In this document: positions 1-12,935 of the stretch, piece by piece
Numbering within the stretch: the stretch's first letter is position 1
Layout of the letters: each line of letters starts with the position of its first letter
Origin: Oopsacas minuta
Taxonomy: Eukaryota > Animalia > Porifera
Direction of reading: 5' to 3'
DNA length: 64,000 nucleotides
Assembly (NCBI GenBank): GCA_024704765.1
Contig: JAKMXF010000349.1
Span: 1 to 64,000 of the forward strand
Program-made: the position numbers and the translations under genes
Notes under the pieces: model-generated
What the model saw: only the letters and a program-made list of their open reading frames with translations
The model's database searches: none
What the model was told of the DNA's origin: nothing

Positions 1-99
1 TGACCCATTAACGCATGACCCATGACCCACTGACCCATCTTAAAAAAGTGACCCATCTGACCCATTGACCCATGGGTCAGTGACCCATTTGCAGCTCTG
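1..99. mobile_element. Terminal fragment of a hAT-like element (clustered TGACCCA subterminal motifs)
   Basis: About eight TGACCCA motifs within 90 bp, ending in ...TTTGCAGCTCTG (reverse complement CAGAGCTGCAAATGGGTCA...), resembling a CAG-initiated hAT end. The rest lies outside the window. Confidence 0.5.
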
Positions 100-735
100 G
101 TGTGAAATGCTATGATTTGCACAATATATTGTGTATTGTGTTCTGAAATTTGATATTGAGTCACAATAGTTTGTTTAGTGGACTTTGCAAATTCTATGTG
201 TAGAATATTGAAACTGATTGTAAATAATTCACATGCTTCAGCTAACAACTTTAAATCTGTTGCTAATCAAACTGAGTGAAATGGTATAATTTGCACTATA
301 TAGTATTTATTACGTTCTGAAATTTGATATTGAGTCACAATAGTTTGTTTTGTGTTCTTGCCAAATTCTATGTGTAGAATATTGAAACTGACTGTAAATA
401 GTTCACATGGTTCACCTAACAACTTATAATCTGTTCCTAATGAAACCGAGTGAAAAGGTATTATTTGCACTATATAGTATTTATTACGTTCTGAAATTTG
501 ATAATGAGTCAAATAGTATGTTTAGTGAACTTTTCACTTCTGTGTGTAGAATATTGCAACTGATTCTAAATTATTCACATGGTTCAGCTAACAACTTATA
601 GTCTGTTACTAATCAAACAGAATGAAATGCTATGATTTACACTATATATTGTGTATTATGTTCTGATATTTGATATTGAGTCACAATACTTTGTTTAGTG
701 TTCTTTCCATATTCTATGTGTACAATATTGAAACT
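100..735. repeat. Tandem satellite, ~174-bp unit, ~3.6 copies
   Basis: The motif TTCTGA(A/T)ATTTGATA recurs at about 141, 316, 490 and 661, and the intervening sequence aligns unit to unit. Confidence 0.9.
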
Positions 736-2559
736 GCTAATTTATAGCTAGTGAGCATTTTTGCGAATCTTTTTTGAATTTTTGTTCAGGAAGTATTTTC
801 TTTTTGAGCATTGTTCACCTTGATTATTTGCCCAAAGGTTTCTACACATTTCTTCCCATTTTTCTATGATTAATAACTTATCATCATGTGAGTCCCTGCA
901 CAACCATGATCATAAAGTCTTTATACTATTTTGATTTAACTCAGTTAAACAATACTAATTTATTCTATGCTTTGAATATGGAGGCCGACACTTTCGTTAA
1001 GTTTATAGCAATATACTGCAGCATGTATGTTCCATATTGCATGAATACCCAGAATGACTTTAGAAATTTTCTAGCTAGATAAGTTGATATTTGCACTGTG
1101 TTTGACTAAACTAGTAGCGTATTGAATATATTGACTTAAAACAAGAATGATTATCGTCATTATAATATGAGTGATTGAGTATTGAAACCTCAACTTATAG
1201 CATTCAAACAATCCAAATACATCAGGGCTCTCAACATGGAAACCTTAAAATCGTGAGGTTGGTCAAAAATCTGATTCTCTTTTGAGATGTTAAATTTGGT
1301 ATTAGTTTTCTGAGAAAATAGCTCTAGTGCATCACATACTGCTATTAGAAAGCTATTCTTAACTGAGTCAAATTTTTCGGTTCCATAAACTGGTTGCATT
1401 GCCTCTTTCGAAAACCGTACACATAGTCACATCCCCAACGTAATACTCCTATTTTACCTTTCGATTCTTCCGCACGTCTCTGGAGTTCCGGGCACAGTAT
1501 ATAATGTCGGGCACTTTATAAGAGTGAACTGACGTAACTTAGAGCGTAATTTTCTTAAAACATGTTTTAACTGTCAGAATATTAATTAATTAAATATTAT
1601 TATAATCGGCTTACAATTTTGCTTACTATTTCCAATTGCTATTTTCTACATGTATCTTCTGTACTTTTCTTTGGAGAAGCTATTGTATCGGGATAGCAGA
1701 AGGTGTGTGAATTCTAAGGGATTTTAGAAATTGGTGAATCATATGTATTTTAATATCAGCTGTTGAGAGTTCTTGATCTAAAGTTATTAGAGCTTCTTAA
1801 CTAGTGAAGGAGGAGACGAACTGACACAATTTATGGGCTAACTAACACAAGATTATAACCTTTAGAGATTTAATGCCAATTCAGGGAAATTATGCATCAC
1901 AGCACGTTATATTTATATATTTTCAACTACCTTGAATCGAGTGTAGTTGTAATAGTATAATAAATTTAGTAGAAACACTTTTAGTTTCAATTTAGTTACC
2001 TCACCTGCAATGCCTATTTCTTCCAGTATTTGTACAACATTTTCAATTGCACTAGATATACCGGAAAGCTGTCCAACAATATCTACAGTGAAGCACTTTA
2101 GACTTTGATATGTAGCTGGCTGTGCAACACGCGTCTCAACAATACTACCTATATAATGGTCAAATTTAAGATACTTTGATGGTTGGCTATGGTACAGTAA
2201 GAAATTTGACAAACTTCACGTGCTGATTTTTTTGAGGATAATAATTAAATTGTTTCTCGTACTCAATATTAATATCGTACGGAATTAGTGGTCGCTGTTT
2301 CCTGGATTCATTGGATTGAGACCTCAACAGTTCGGGGTTCTTTTCTTAGCACAAATACCACATATATTATCAACAGCGTTCAGGTGATTTCCATAATTGA
2401 CAATACAATTTTACATTCTTTTACATGCTGTGCAATTAAAGAGCCCTGTTTCATTAATTTAAATTCGGAATAATATCGTAACAACTAAACAACTCCCTGA
2501 AGAATTTAGACAGTTGACATTTTGTTCCAAACTCGAGCATAACGATGCAATGTCTAAGA

Positions 2560-3200
2560 TACTGCACAAATTCACATTTAAATCTAACTTGTAACAAGTT
2601 TCTGCATTCAATATCATCTGTCAGATCAATTTCAGGTTGAATCGAACTCGCAAGAAGTTTCTGGATTCAATTCCTAATGTCTGCACGAATTCACAGTGAA
2701 TCAAACTTGTCACAAGTTCCTGCATTCAATATCATCTGTCTGCTCTTATTCATGTTGAATCTAACTTGTAACAAGTTTCTGTATTCAATTTCATATGTCT
2801 GCTGGAATCCAATTTGAATCGAACTTGTAAAAAGTTCTGCATTTAGTATCAACTGTCTCCATTAGTTTACATTGAATCAAACTTGTAACAACAAAATGCA
2901 TTCAATGTCATCTTTCTGCTCAAATCCATGTCACATCGAACTTGAAACAAGCTTTTGCATTCAATTTCAACTGCTGCACATTTTGAAGTTAAATATATCT
3001 TCAAATATGTTATTGAATTCAAAATTATCTGTCTCCACTAATTAATATTGAATCAAACTTTTAACGACATAATGCATACATTATCATTTGTCTGCTGGAA
3101 TTCAAGTTGAATCGAATTTGTAAAAGTATCTACATTCAAAAATTAACTGTCTCCACCAAATTCATATTGAATCAAACTTGAACAGCATACAGCATTCAAT
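2560..3200. repeat. Tandem satellite, ~59-bp unit, ~11 diverged copies
   Basis: GAATC(A/G/T)AACTTGT..CAAGTT.CTGCATTCAAT recurs every ~59 bp. Confidence 0.85.
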
Positions 3201-5281
3201 TTCATTTGTATATGCGCTGACATTTGAATTTGACTGACAACACTTTGTATAGTTCAGTATCACGATTACTATGATGCCAAAGTGAAATTGTGTAAAAAAT
3301 CTTTGTATACTTCAGTTGAGCAGTGAATATGTACAGATATTTGAATTTGACTGACAACACTTTGTATAGTTCAGTATCACAAATCCTGTTTCCATAAACC
3401 CCAAATTGAGTATACAATCTTGGCTAGATCAGTACTGCAGTGAACATGTGCTGAAGTTGAAATTGAATATCAACTGATTGTATGGTTCTGAATCACAATT
3501 CCTGATAGCCGCAATTGGAATTTTTGTGAAAAACATAAGTTTAGACTCTTCACACATTCTGGTTCGATAAACTCCAAATTGACTAACCAATTTTGTATAG
3601 TTCTGTATTGCAGTGAATATGGCTTGACATTTGAAATTAACTGACAAATGATTGAATAGTCCAGTAGCACAATTTTTGATATCTGATAATGCAAATTTCG
3701 TGAGAATTACATGTTTATCCTGTATTACACTTTCTGTGTCTAACAGGGTACCTCAAAAGTTTTTTCCTCCTCAGTCCTTCGATTGAAGTCGTTATAAATC
3801 GAACAGTATTGTTTCCTAACCGACCATTTTTCAGATTATTACTAGTCTATGGTAGTCCAATACTATAATGAATACTTCACTTCTTTATTTGATAATCTGT
3901 TTGTATTTTCGATATTTTTCTCAACTCTCACAAATACCATACACGGATGTCATGATATCGAGATTTTCTGTTCGCGAGCGAGTGATTGGCATGATTAAAG
4001 CGGGTTCAATACAGAAGTCAGTCGCCAGTACTCTTGGAGTCACAATTCGGACAGTTCGGAACTGGTGTAAAAGGCATAGAGCTGGATATTTGCTTGATGA
4101 CAAGCCCCGATCCGGACGTTGGACGAAGCTTTCCCGGATTCCAAAATTATAATTCGAAAATCAATCGGGAAACGTTATAATTCAACCCGAAATCATGCGA
4201 AATATATCTCGTTTAAGTTGGTGACCCTTAGTAAAGACACAATTCACCGCTATTTACGCGACACAATTGAAGCGAAAGCCTATAAAAACTCTCATACCCG
4301 AAATTGCTTGAAAAACAAAAGGTAAAGGCGCTAGAATTCTGTCAGGAACGCAAAACTTGGACTGGTCGTGATTGGGAAAGAGTTCTTTTAGTGATAAAAG
4401 CCCTTTTGAGCTTTACCATCCGACTAATATGGAGAATGATCGTGTTTGGGACATTAATCGCACAACATTAGCCCAGTTGAATCAGTCAAAAACCCCCGAG
4501 TATGATGGTCTGGGGAATGATGAACCGGTCAGGGCTATCAGATCTACACTTCATCCCCCCAAACGCTCATTGAATACGGGTACTATATTAATGAAATCCT
4601 GGAGAAGTGTTGTCTCCCCACCTTTAAACGTAGAAAGACTAGAGCCCCACTTACCCAAAGGAGATGTGTCGAGAGATGTCCGAGACAATTCATGCAGGAT
4701 GGCGCCCTTGCCCATACATCCATAAGGACCCAGAAATGGCTTTCTGAGTATCTACCTGGCTTTTGGAAGAAAGGTGTTTGGCCTAGTAACTCCCCAGATT
4801 TAAATCCTATCGAAAATCTTTGGTCTATTATGCAAGCAGAGCTAGACAAGAGAAAGCCCGCTATAAATTCAACAGCAGCTCGGAAAATATTTGGAAAATA
4901 TATGGAATGGGATTAGCCCGTCGATACTTGAGAATTTAGTTGATGGGATGCCAAGGCGGATTAATTCATGTATAAAATTTAATGGTGAATATATAGGCAA
5001 ATAATTAGATGAATCTATCTAAGAAATTCTATATTATAGTGGTATTCATAGGAGGAAAGGATTTTGAGACACCCTGTATACACGAAATGAATTATATTAT
5101 CTTGTATCCTTCAGTATTGCGGTGAATATGTGTTGAGATTTGAATTTGAGTCACCAAAGTGTGTATAGTTCATTATGACAATTTCTTTATCAGATAGTGC
5201 AAAATTCATGTGAATCATATGTTTATTCTGTATCACACGTTCTAGGTCTATATGCACTAAATTACTAAATTTTCTTGTATA
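3200..5281. repeat. Diverged satellite block (3200-3743 and 5079-5281) split by a Tc1-like insertion
   Basis: ATTTGAATTTGA(C/G)T.AC...TGTATAGTTCA-type motifs occur at about 3222, 3338, 3630 and 5140. The pattern resumes after the transposon at 3744-5076. Confidence 0.7.
3744..5076 (+). mobile_element. Tc1-like transposon with DD37E spacing, full length, frameshifted transposase
   Basis: TIRs CAGGGT(AC/GT)CTCAAAA....TTTCCTC; TA on the right flank. ORF pieces give an HTH (RERVIGMIKAG...KPRSGR), QDGALAH and WPSNSPDLNPIENLW, with 37 residues between the second D and E. Confidence 0.92.
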
Positions 5282-5944
5282 CAGGGTGACACAAAAGTTC
5301 TACAACAAATTTCAGTCTTATTATTCAATAGCAACCTAATTCAAATCTTAGTTCTACTATGTATATCCAATTGACACACTATTATATTATAGCTCCTACT
5401 ATAATTGATCATTCAGTATCGTTATGTCTGGAGTATCAGAATTTCAACAAAAGCGCTCTGCTGTTATTCAATTATTTCTCAATCGTTAAAAGCAAAGCCA
5501 GATACTAAGAACCCTTGGTTCAACCAAATACACACGATCTTTTATATCTCGAACAATTAAACGTTATAATGAGACGGGAAAGATTACAGATCTTCAACGA
5601 TCAGGGCGACCACACAAGGTCAGGACGCCTGCTAACAAGAAGAAGATTCGGCAGATTTTGAACCGTCGACCGACAATGCCCACCCGGAAGGTCGCCGCAA
5701 AAGTCAGGATTGACAGAGAATTTGTTGGGCGAATAATTCATAAGGATTTAGGCATAAAATGTTTCAAACGAACAAAGGTAGAGTCTCTTAATCCCTAAAC
5801 TATTTCAATGAGGATACAGAGATGCCGAAAACTACAGGCCTGGCTCCAAAATGTTACCTGTGAATCAATTGTCTCTTCAGACGAAAAGATTCTGTATAGA
5901 GGGAAAGTACAACTCCAAAAATTCGTGTGTTTATTCCCTTACAC
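5282..5944 (+). mobile_element. 5' half of a maT-like Tc1/mariner element, cut by a hAT insertion
   Basis: TA followed by CAGGGTGACACAAAAG terminus. Translation gives RTIKRYNETGKITDLQRSGRP...RIIHKDLGIKCFKR...IVSSDEK...YNSKNSCVY, then stops at the hAT end. The subfamily is tentative because the C-terminal catalytic half is missing. Confidence 0.75.
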
Positions 5945-8108
5945 CAGTGGTCGGCAATTATGTTTTACTAATGCCCCATTTCAGAGCTCAGAGCATCAAA
6001 GTTACCCCGAATTCAGGAACTATATTGATAACACAAATAACAAGCTGTTTCATTTATAGACGAGACAACCTGAGTAAAACTAATGAATCTAATTCTATTC
6101 TTAGCATGTCCAATTGCTAAAGTGGCACTTGCTAACCATAATAATATCTTCAAACTGTGGTTTGAATTGTGACAGTGCACATCTTATCTCACTTTCCGGG
6201 TTGAGACTGTATCGCGCTTTCGTCTTTATCACCGCTAGTGCTGAAAAGCCCACTTCGTAAAGGTAGGTAGTCGCCAAGGTTAACAACAACTTTGTTGCCT
6301 CCTCATGTCCAATGGTTGAGCTCTCGCTAGCTGACTCGTCCAAAGTTTCGTATTCTGCTTGAACAGTTTGGTCCGCTTGCAGTTCAAGTAGCTGCTCTGC
6401 CAGCCCAAATGGCTTCTCTGGTATGTTTTGCACTGAACATTTGAACGGGTTGAGAACTCACCAACGCTTTCCTTCAGCATAGCGTCTTCGGGAAGTATTG
6501 TTCAAATCGCTTTTTCAATTTGTCCAAGTGCTGAAGTACCACGTCTTTGACCAACCCGAAAGATAGTTCGTTGTCTTCGAGGTACTTCGCAAGACGGCTG
6601 AAAGATGCAATCTTCCCTTCCACAGCTCTCATTCTCTAAAGCTCGAGTTTTTTTTAAATGCACAAATCTTCTGGTTAATCTGAATAATGTTATGATTTGA
6701 ACCTTGTAGGCTAGTGTTGATTTCGTTCAAGTGCCAGAAAATGTCCACCAAATATGCAAACCAGGACAGTCAATGGTGTCTTGAAAGTGGGCGGCCAGGC
6801 AATGCTTCTTGTCCGTCAGAAAAATATTAACTTCAGTCCCCAGGATCCAAAGTCTCTCCAGTGCGTTGCCACGTGACAGCCACCGTGTCTCGCAATATAA
6901 GAGCAAAGTTGAGTACTCCGAATTTGCTTCATCACATAATTGGCGGAACAGTCGGGTGGTTAGTGGCTGGGCCTTGATCAAGTTGATGATCTTGGTCACA
7001 TCTTTAATTAATTGTTCCAGATCAGGGTCCAACGCGTTCACGACCAATGCCTGTCGTTGAATTATGCAATGTGTGGTTATGATTCTTGGGTTTTCTCTAT
7101 TCACTAGGGTGACAAATCCCCTGTTTATCCCAACCATAACTGGAGCTCCGTGGGCTGAAACTGCAATACAATCAATCCAGTGCAAATCAACATCTGGCGA
7201 TGTAAAAATTTGTCAATCATGTTGAAAATGTCGACACCACGGGATGTAGCTTCCAGCAGGCTGCAGAACAACATCTCTTCTCTGACCCTGCATTCATCTC
7301 GATATCTGATGTATACCATGAGCTGGGGATCGCTCCCGACGTCGTAGTTTCGTCCAATTGTATTGCGGACTGTCGACTCTTCTTTATGGAAATAATCAAC
7401 TGTTCCTTGATGTTCTGTGCCAACACGTCCAACCTCTTCAAAACTGTCTTTGCTGACAATGGAACCGTCCCAAGTTTCGCTGCTTGCTCCTTCTCACACA
7501 TAATATCTGCCATCCTTGTTGCAGCCGGCTTGATTAGTTCCTCACGAATGTTGTGTGGCTTTTTGCACGAGCTATAAGCCATGCGACTTCCAAGCTTGCT
7601 CTTAAGGAGTCCCGCTGATCAAATGTCACTTTTGGCATGAGATCCAGCATCTGTTTTTTCGCTTGACTTCCCTTATGGGCGAAAAATTCCTTTGGCATGT
7701 CCGCAAGTTCCGGGTGTTTGTTGCGCAGATGCTTCTGAAGCTGGGATGATTTGAGGGACTCCGGACACAGCACAGCCAGACAGATGACGCACTGCGGCTT
7801 TATGACTCCTTTATCAGTTGTTGCTATGAAGCCATACTCCAAGAATTCGTCTTTGAAGATAAGCTTTCTGGAATTTATCATGTTGCAAAAAGAGATTAGA
7901 AGTGAAAATTGAGCAAGATATAGCAATACACACGAATTGATAAAAATTATTGTTACTATTAATATAATATGAGTTACGCAAATTCGAATTGGCTGCACTC
8001 ATTTCTAGGCACAATGTTCCGTTCATACTATTCTAGGCCGGATAAGTCTCGTTACCGCCAGTAAATCTGAAATTACCCATGATGGGGTAATTTACTACTA
8101 ATTGCCGA
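5945..8108 (-). mobile_element. hAT Buster/Charlie-type transposon, pseudogenised
   Basis: Left end CAGTGGTCGGCAA is preceded by CCTTACAC (NNNTANNN, the Buster-type target). A damaged right end TTGCCGAC lies near 8102. ORF pieces: KPQCVICLAVL...LQKHLRNKHPEL, AIQLDETT, THCIIQRQALV, LLLYCETRWLSRG and the dimerisation motif TTYLYEVGFSAL. Confidence 0.88.
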
Positions 8109-8269
8109 CAAGACCATATACAATAGGGTATCCCAGAGAAATTTGAGACTGTACAGAAACAAAACAACCTAAAAGCATATGAATTGAAATGAAATGCTGA
8201 GCTAAAGGAATGTAAGGATATTCAATTTCAATTTATGCAATGTTGAAATTGAGAAACTTAACGATACAA

Positions 8270-11200
8270 ATTGTGCACAATGAATTTCAAATGTCAACAA
8301 GAAATCACTGCAATACTATAATATTCAAAGCATTTTCACGAAATTTCGAAAAGTGACCAAAGTGAAGAGAAATACTTTGAAATGTCAAACGATAGAGCGT
8401 CATTTCACATTTCGCAAAGTGGGATTGTGAAACTAAATAACACAAATTGATATTAAGGAAATTCAATTGGCAAGTAATATTAAATGCAGTACCAAAATAA
8501 TGCATGCATTATAGTCAATTGCGAATAGTGATTAGTATGAAGCGAAATACTTTGATATATCAAAGGAGAGAGTGTCACATCACATTTCGCAAAGCAGGAT
8601 TGTGAAACTAAACAATACAAATTGTTATTAACCAATTTCAATTGGCAATCCATATGGCAACAATACAATTATATTGAATACATTTTAATTAATTACGAAT
8701 TGGGAGGGATGTAAAGTAAAATACTTTGATATGTAAAACGATAGAGTGTCACTTCACATTGCGCAAGGTACGATTGTGAAACTAAACAATACAAATTGCT
8801 ATTGCTCAAGTTCAATTGTCAATGAATATTCACTGGAATACTATACAATTGAATACCTTTTACTCAATTCTAAATAGTGACTAATGTAAAGAGAAATACA
8901 TTGATATGTCATACCATAGAGAGGCATTTCACATTTCGCAAACTAGGATTGTGAAACTAAACAAAACAAATTGTTAAAACAAAATTCAATTGGCAATTAA
9001 TTTTCACAGGAATACTATACTATTGAATACCTTTTACTCAATTCTAAATTGTGACTAATTAAAAGAGAAATACATTGATATGTCATCCGATAGAGAGGCA
9101 TTGCACATTTCGTAAAGTAGGATTGTGAAACTAAACAATACAAATTGTTATTAATCAATTTCAATTGGCAGTCAATATGACAACAGTACAATTCTATTGA
9201 ATTCATTTTCTCAATTGCGAATTGTGACTGATGTGAAGTGAAATACTTTGATATGGCATACGATAGAGTGTTATTTCACATTTTCGTAAAGAAGGATTAT
9301 GAAACTATACAATACAAATTGTTATCAACAAAATTCAATTGGCAATGAATATTCACTGGAATACTATACTATTGAATACCTTTTACTCAATTACGAATTG
9401 TGACTCATTTGAAGTGAAATACTTTGATATGTGATACGATAGAGTGTCATTTCACATTTTCGCAAAGAAGTATTGTGATACTATACAATACAAATTGTTA
9501 GTAAACAATTTCAGTTGGCAATCAATATGACAAAAGTACAATTCTATTTGATACATTTTACTCAATTGCGAATTGTGACTGATGTGAAGTGAAATACTTT
9601 GATATGTCATACGATAGAGTGTCATTTCACAATTCGTAAAGAAGGATTGTGAAACAAAACAAAACAAAATGTAAATAAAATTCAATTGGCAATTAATTTT
9701 CACTGGAATACTATACTATTGAATACCTTTTAATCAATTACGAATTGTGACTGATGTGAAGTGAAATACTTTGATATGTGATACGATAGAGTGTCATTTC
9801 ACATTTTCGCAAAGAAGAATTGTGAAACTATACAATACAAATTGTTAGTAAACAATTTCAGTTGGCAATCAATATGACAACAGTACAATTTTATTTAAAA
9901 CATTTTACTCAATTGCGAATTGTGACTGGTGTGAAGTGAAATACTTGGATATGTCAAACGATAGTCTGTCATTGCAGATTTCGTAAATTACGATACTAAA
10001 CTAATCAATAAAAGTTGTTATTAATATAACTCAACTAGCAAAAGGATATTCCCTCCAGTATTGTCCTATTGAAAACATTTTACTGAATCACGAATTATGA
10101 CAGAAGTGAAGTGAATACTTTGGTATGTCAAGCGATAGAGTGTCATTACACATTTCGCATTATAGGATTGTGAAACTAAACAATACAAATTGTTATTTAC
10201 AGAATTCAATTGGCAATAGATACTCACTGCAGTATTATCCTTTTGAGAACATTATACTAAATCACGAATTGTGGCTCAAGTGAAGTGAAATACTTTGATA
10301 CGTCAAACGATAAAGTGTTATTTCATATTTCGCAAAGTATGATTCTGAACCTAAACAATGCAAATTGTAATACCCAAAATTCAATTGCCAATAGATATTA
10401 CTACAGTATTATCCTATTGAGTACATTTTATTCAATTCTGAATAGTGACTAATGTGAAGTGAAATACTTTGATATGTCAAACGATAGAGTGTCATTTCAC
10501 ATTTCGCAAAGTAGTATTGTGAAACTGAACCACACAAATGTTTGTCAATCAATTTCAATTGCCAATTTATATTCACTGCAGTACTATAATATTGTATACA
10601 TATTCATCAGCTACGAACTGTGACTAATGTGAAGTGAAATACTTTGATATGTCAATCGATCGAGTGTCATTACACATTTCGCAATGTAGGATTGTGAGAC
10701 TAAATAATATAATTAGTTGTTAATCAATTTCAATTATCAATCCATATTGGCAACAGTACAATTATATGAAATACATTTTACTCAGCTACGAACTGTGACT
10801 AATGTGTAGTGAAATACTTTGATATGTCAAACGATGGAGTATCATTCACATTTCGGAGGTTGGGAAAGTGAACTTAAACAATACAAATTGTTATTACCCA
10901 ATTTCTATTTTTAATTAATATTCGCAACAGTACTATTCTATTGAATACAATTTACTCAATTAAGAATTGTGACTAATGTCAAGTGAAATCCTTTGATATG
11001 TCACACAGTATAGTGTCATTTCACATTTCGAAAAGTAAGATTGTGAAACTAAATAATACAATTAGTTGTTAATCAATTTCAATTGTCAATCCATATTGGC
11101 AACAGTACAATCTTATTGTATACATTTTACTCAATTATGAATTGTGACTAATGTGAAGAAAAATTCTTTGATATGCCAAACGATAGGTTGTCATTGCACA

Positions 11201-11410
11201 TTTCGCAAAGTTGGATTGTGAAACTAAACAGTTCTAATTGTTATTAACGATCTTCACTTGTCAATTAATATTCACATCAGCACAATTCTATTGAATACAT
11301 TTACTCAATTAGGTGTTTTGATTAATGTGAAGTGAAATACTTTGATATGTTAAACGATAGAGGTGTCATTTCCCATTTCTCAACCTGAAATTCAGACACT
11401 AAACAATACA
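8270..11410. repeat. Large tandem satellite, ~174-175-bp unit, ~18 copies
   Basis: CACATTTCGCAAAG...GATTGTGAAACTAAACAATACAAATTG...GTGAAATACTTTGATATG recurs every ~175 bp, with divergence along the whole unit. Confidence 0.95.
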
Positions 11411-11779
11411 AATTATTATTCATCACTCTCAATTCTGTAGAATCTCTTGAAACTCAGCACCTTTGGAGACTGCAAAATCTCCACTTTAGAAAGGTGTTTA
11501 GGATAAGCAAGATGTAGCAGAGTAAAATATTTTACCTGTACAGTGTGACTAGGTATACGAAACAATATTATTACATGATATGAACTACATATACACGGAA
11601 AAAGGTGATTTTAAAACAATACCACACTAAAATCCAGAATCGGGGAGTTTCCACAATTGGGGCGTCAGCAATTTTCCCAGTATCCCGTATGCCTCGATTC
11701 CAGAGGTTTCACTGTGGCTTGGATTGTTGAATGTGAAGCAGAAAACTAGAATTGACCCATGTACGTGCTATAGATCGTG

Positions 11780-12221
11780 TAGATTATCCTCCCTTGCACA
11801 AAGACTTGGATATGATGATTTTAGGAACGCGAGAAAGGATCCTTTGGCGTCCGCCCCTGGGTAAACTACCCAAGGATTGTCCAAGTTTATCCCGACGGGA
11901 CCATCTTTGGACTGATCTAATTGAAATATCTAGAGCTTATGACACTTTTTTCAGAGTCAAACAGCCTTTAGCATCCCAATGGCTTTATTTCGAAGTTCAC
12001 TACCATGGTCGTTGATATCCATTATGCGAAAAGTCCCCAAAAATGTAAAAACTTGGAAAGAATATCCTAAAGTGAGAATATATAATAATTTCTGCAGATA
12101 AATATACAAACAAATTCAACATTCGGAATAATAACAAAATGATAAGAGTAAGAAATGACTCGCGAATATTGTGAACTTCGGATAATTGTTAGTTATACAA
12201 CAGCACTTTTGATACACCCTG
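11780..12221 (-). mobile_element. 5' fragment of a Tc1-like element related to the one at 23318
   Basis: Terminus ...CACTTTTGATACACCCTG followed by TA. The minus strand reads MDINDHGSELRNKAIGMLK...SIRSVQRW...PRGGRQRILSRVPKIIISKSL, similar to the N-terminus of the 23318 transposase. Confidence 0.75.
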
Positions 12222-12935
12222 TATATTGTGATATTTATTGCATTATGAGAAACTTGGGTGAAACTGAAGTATTTGGGGGAGAAGTTTCTCCCAGTAGATA
12301 GAACCCAGCCAACATTCAAATATCAGTTTAACATATTAATTCTGCAACGAATGATTCCAATCTAAACTGCACGAAAACTTCCTCTTCCTGTCTGATATTA
12401 CACAATCAGAAAGCCATATGGCATTGTTTGATTTCTTGAACTGTACTACTAGTATCTAACCACCTGAAAATATACATACATTCATTACGCATTTTACTTC
12501 CATCATTCACTTTCAAAGCATGATTTAAAATGTATGAAACACTTTAACAATATAATTGATTTATTGACACCAAAGGTAAGTCTGACAAGCCAGATAAACT
12601 TACTTATACTTCATTAGTCCATAACAAAAACAGGTTCCCATATGTAAAATTATCTTCCTTACTTTGTACAAATTTCCATATTAATGAATATATGTTAACA
12701 TTTACAGCAAACAGAACTATTATATTATGGGATAACAATTACATCCGCTAATGTAATGTAGATCGATAAGATCAGCTTCCTCCATTCAAACCTACCATAA
12801 GAAATATTGTAAGCACTATTAAAATTACTTGAATCAATGTTTTCGTTATCTAGTATATTACACATTTACCATTAATGAAAACAGCCTCCAGTGAGAAAGT
12901 GCCTCCTCAAATTAAGAATCATATAAGGATCATGG

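Noticed and set aside
1100-2470. Coding-like minus-strand fragments (ORFs 1190-1399 and 1913-2212)
   Set aside because: They may be a decayed gene, but I recognise no motif and stops are frequent, so no call can be supported.
8270-11410. CRISPR-like or repeat-spacer interpretation of the arrays, and the short Cys-rich ORFs in them
   Set aside because: Units are homologous along their whole length with no unique spacers. Indels and stops break the frame between units, so the ORFs are by-products of the satellite.
11752-12015. 87-aa plus-strand ORF as a novel gene
   Set aside because: It is the antisense frame of a Tc1 transposase N-terminus.
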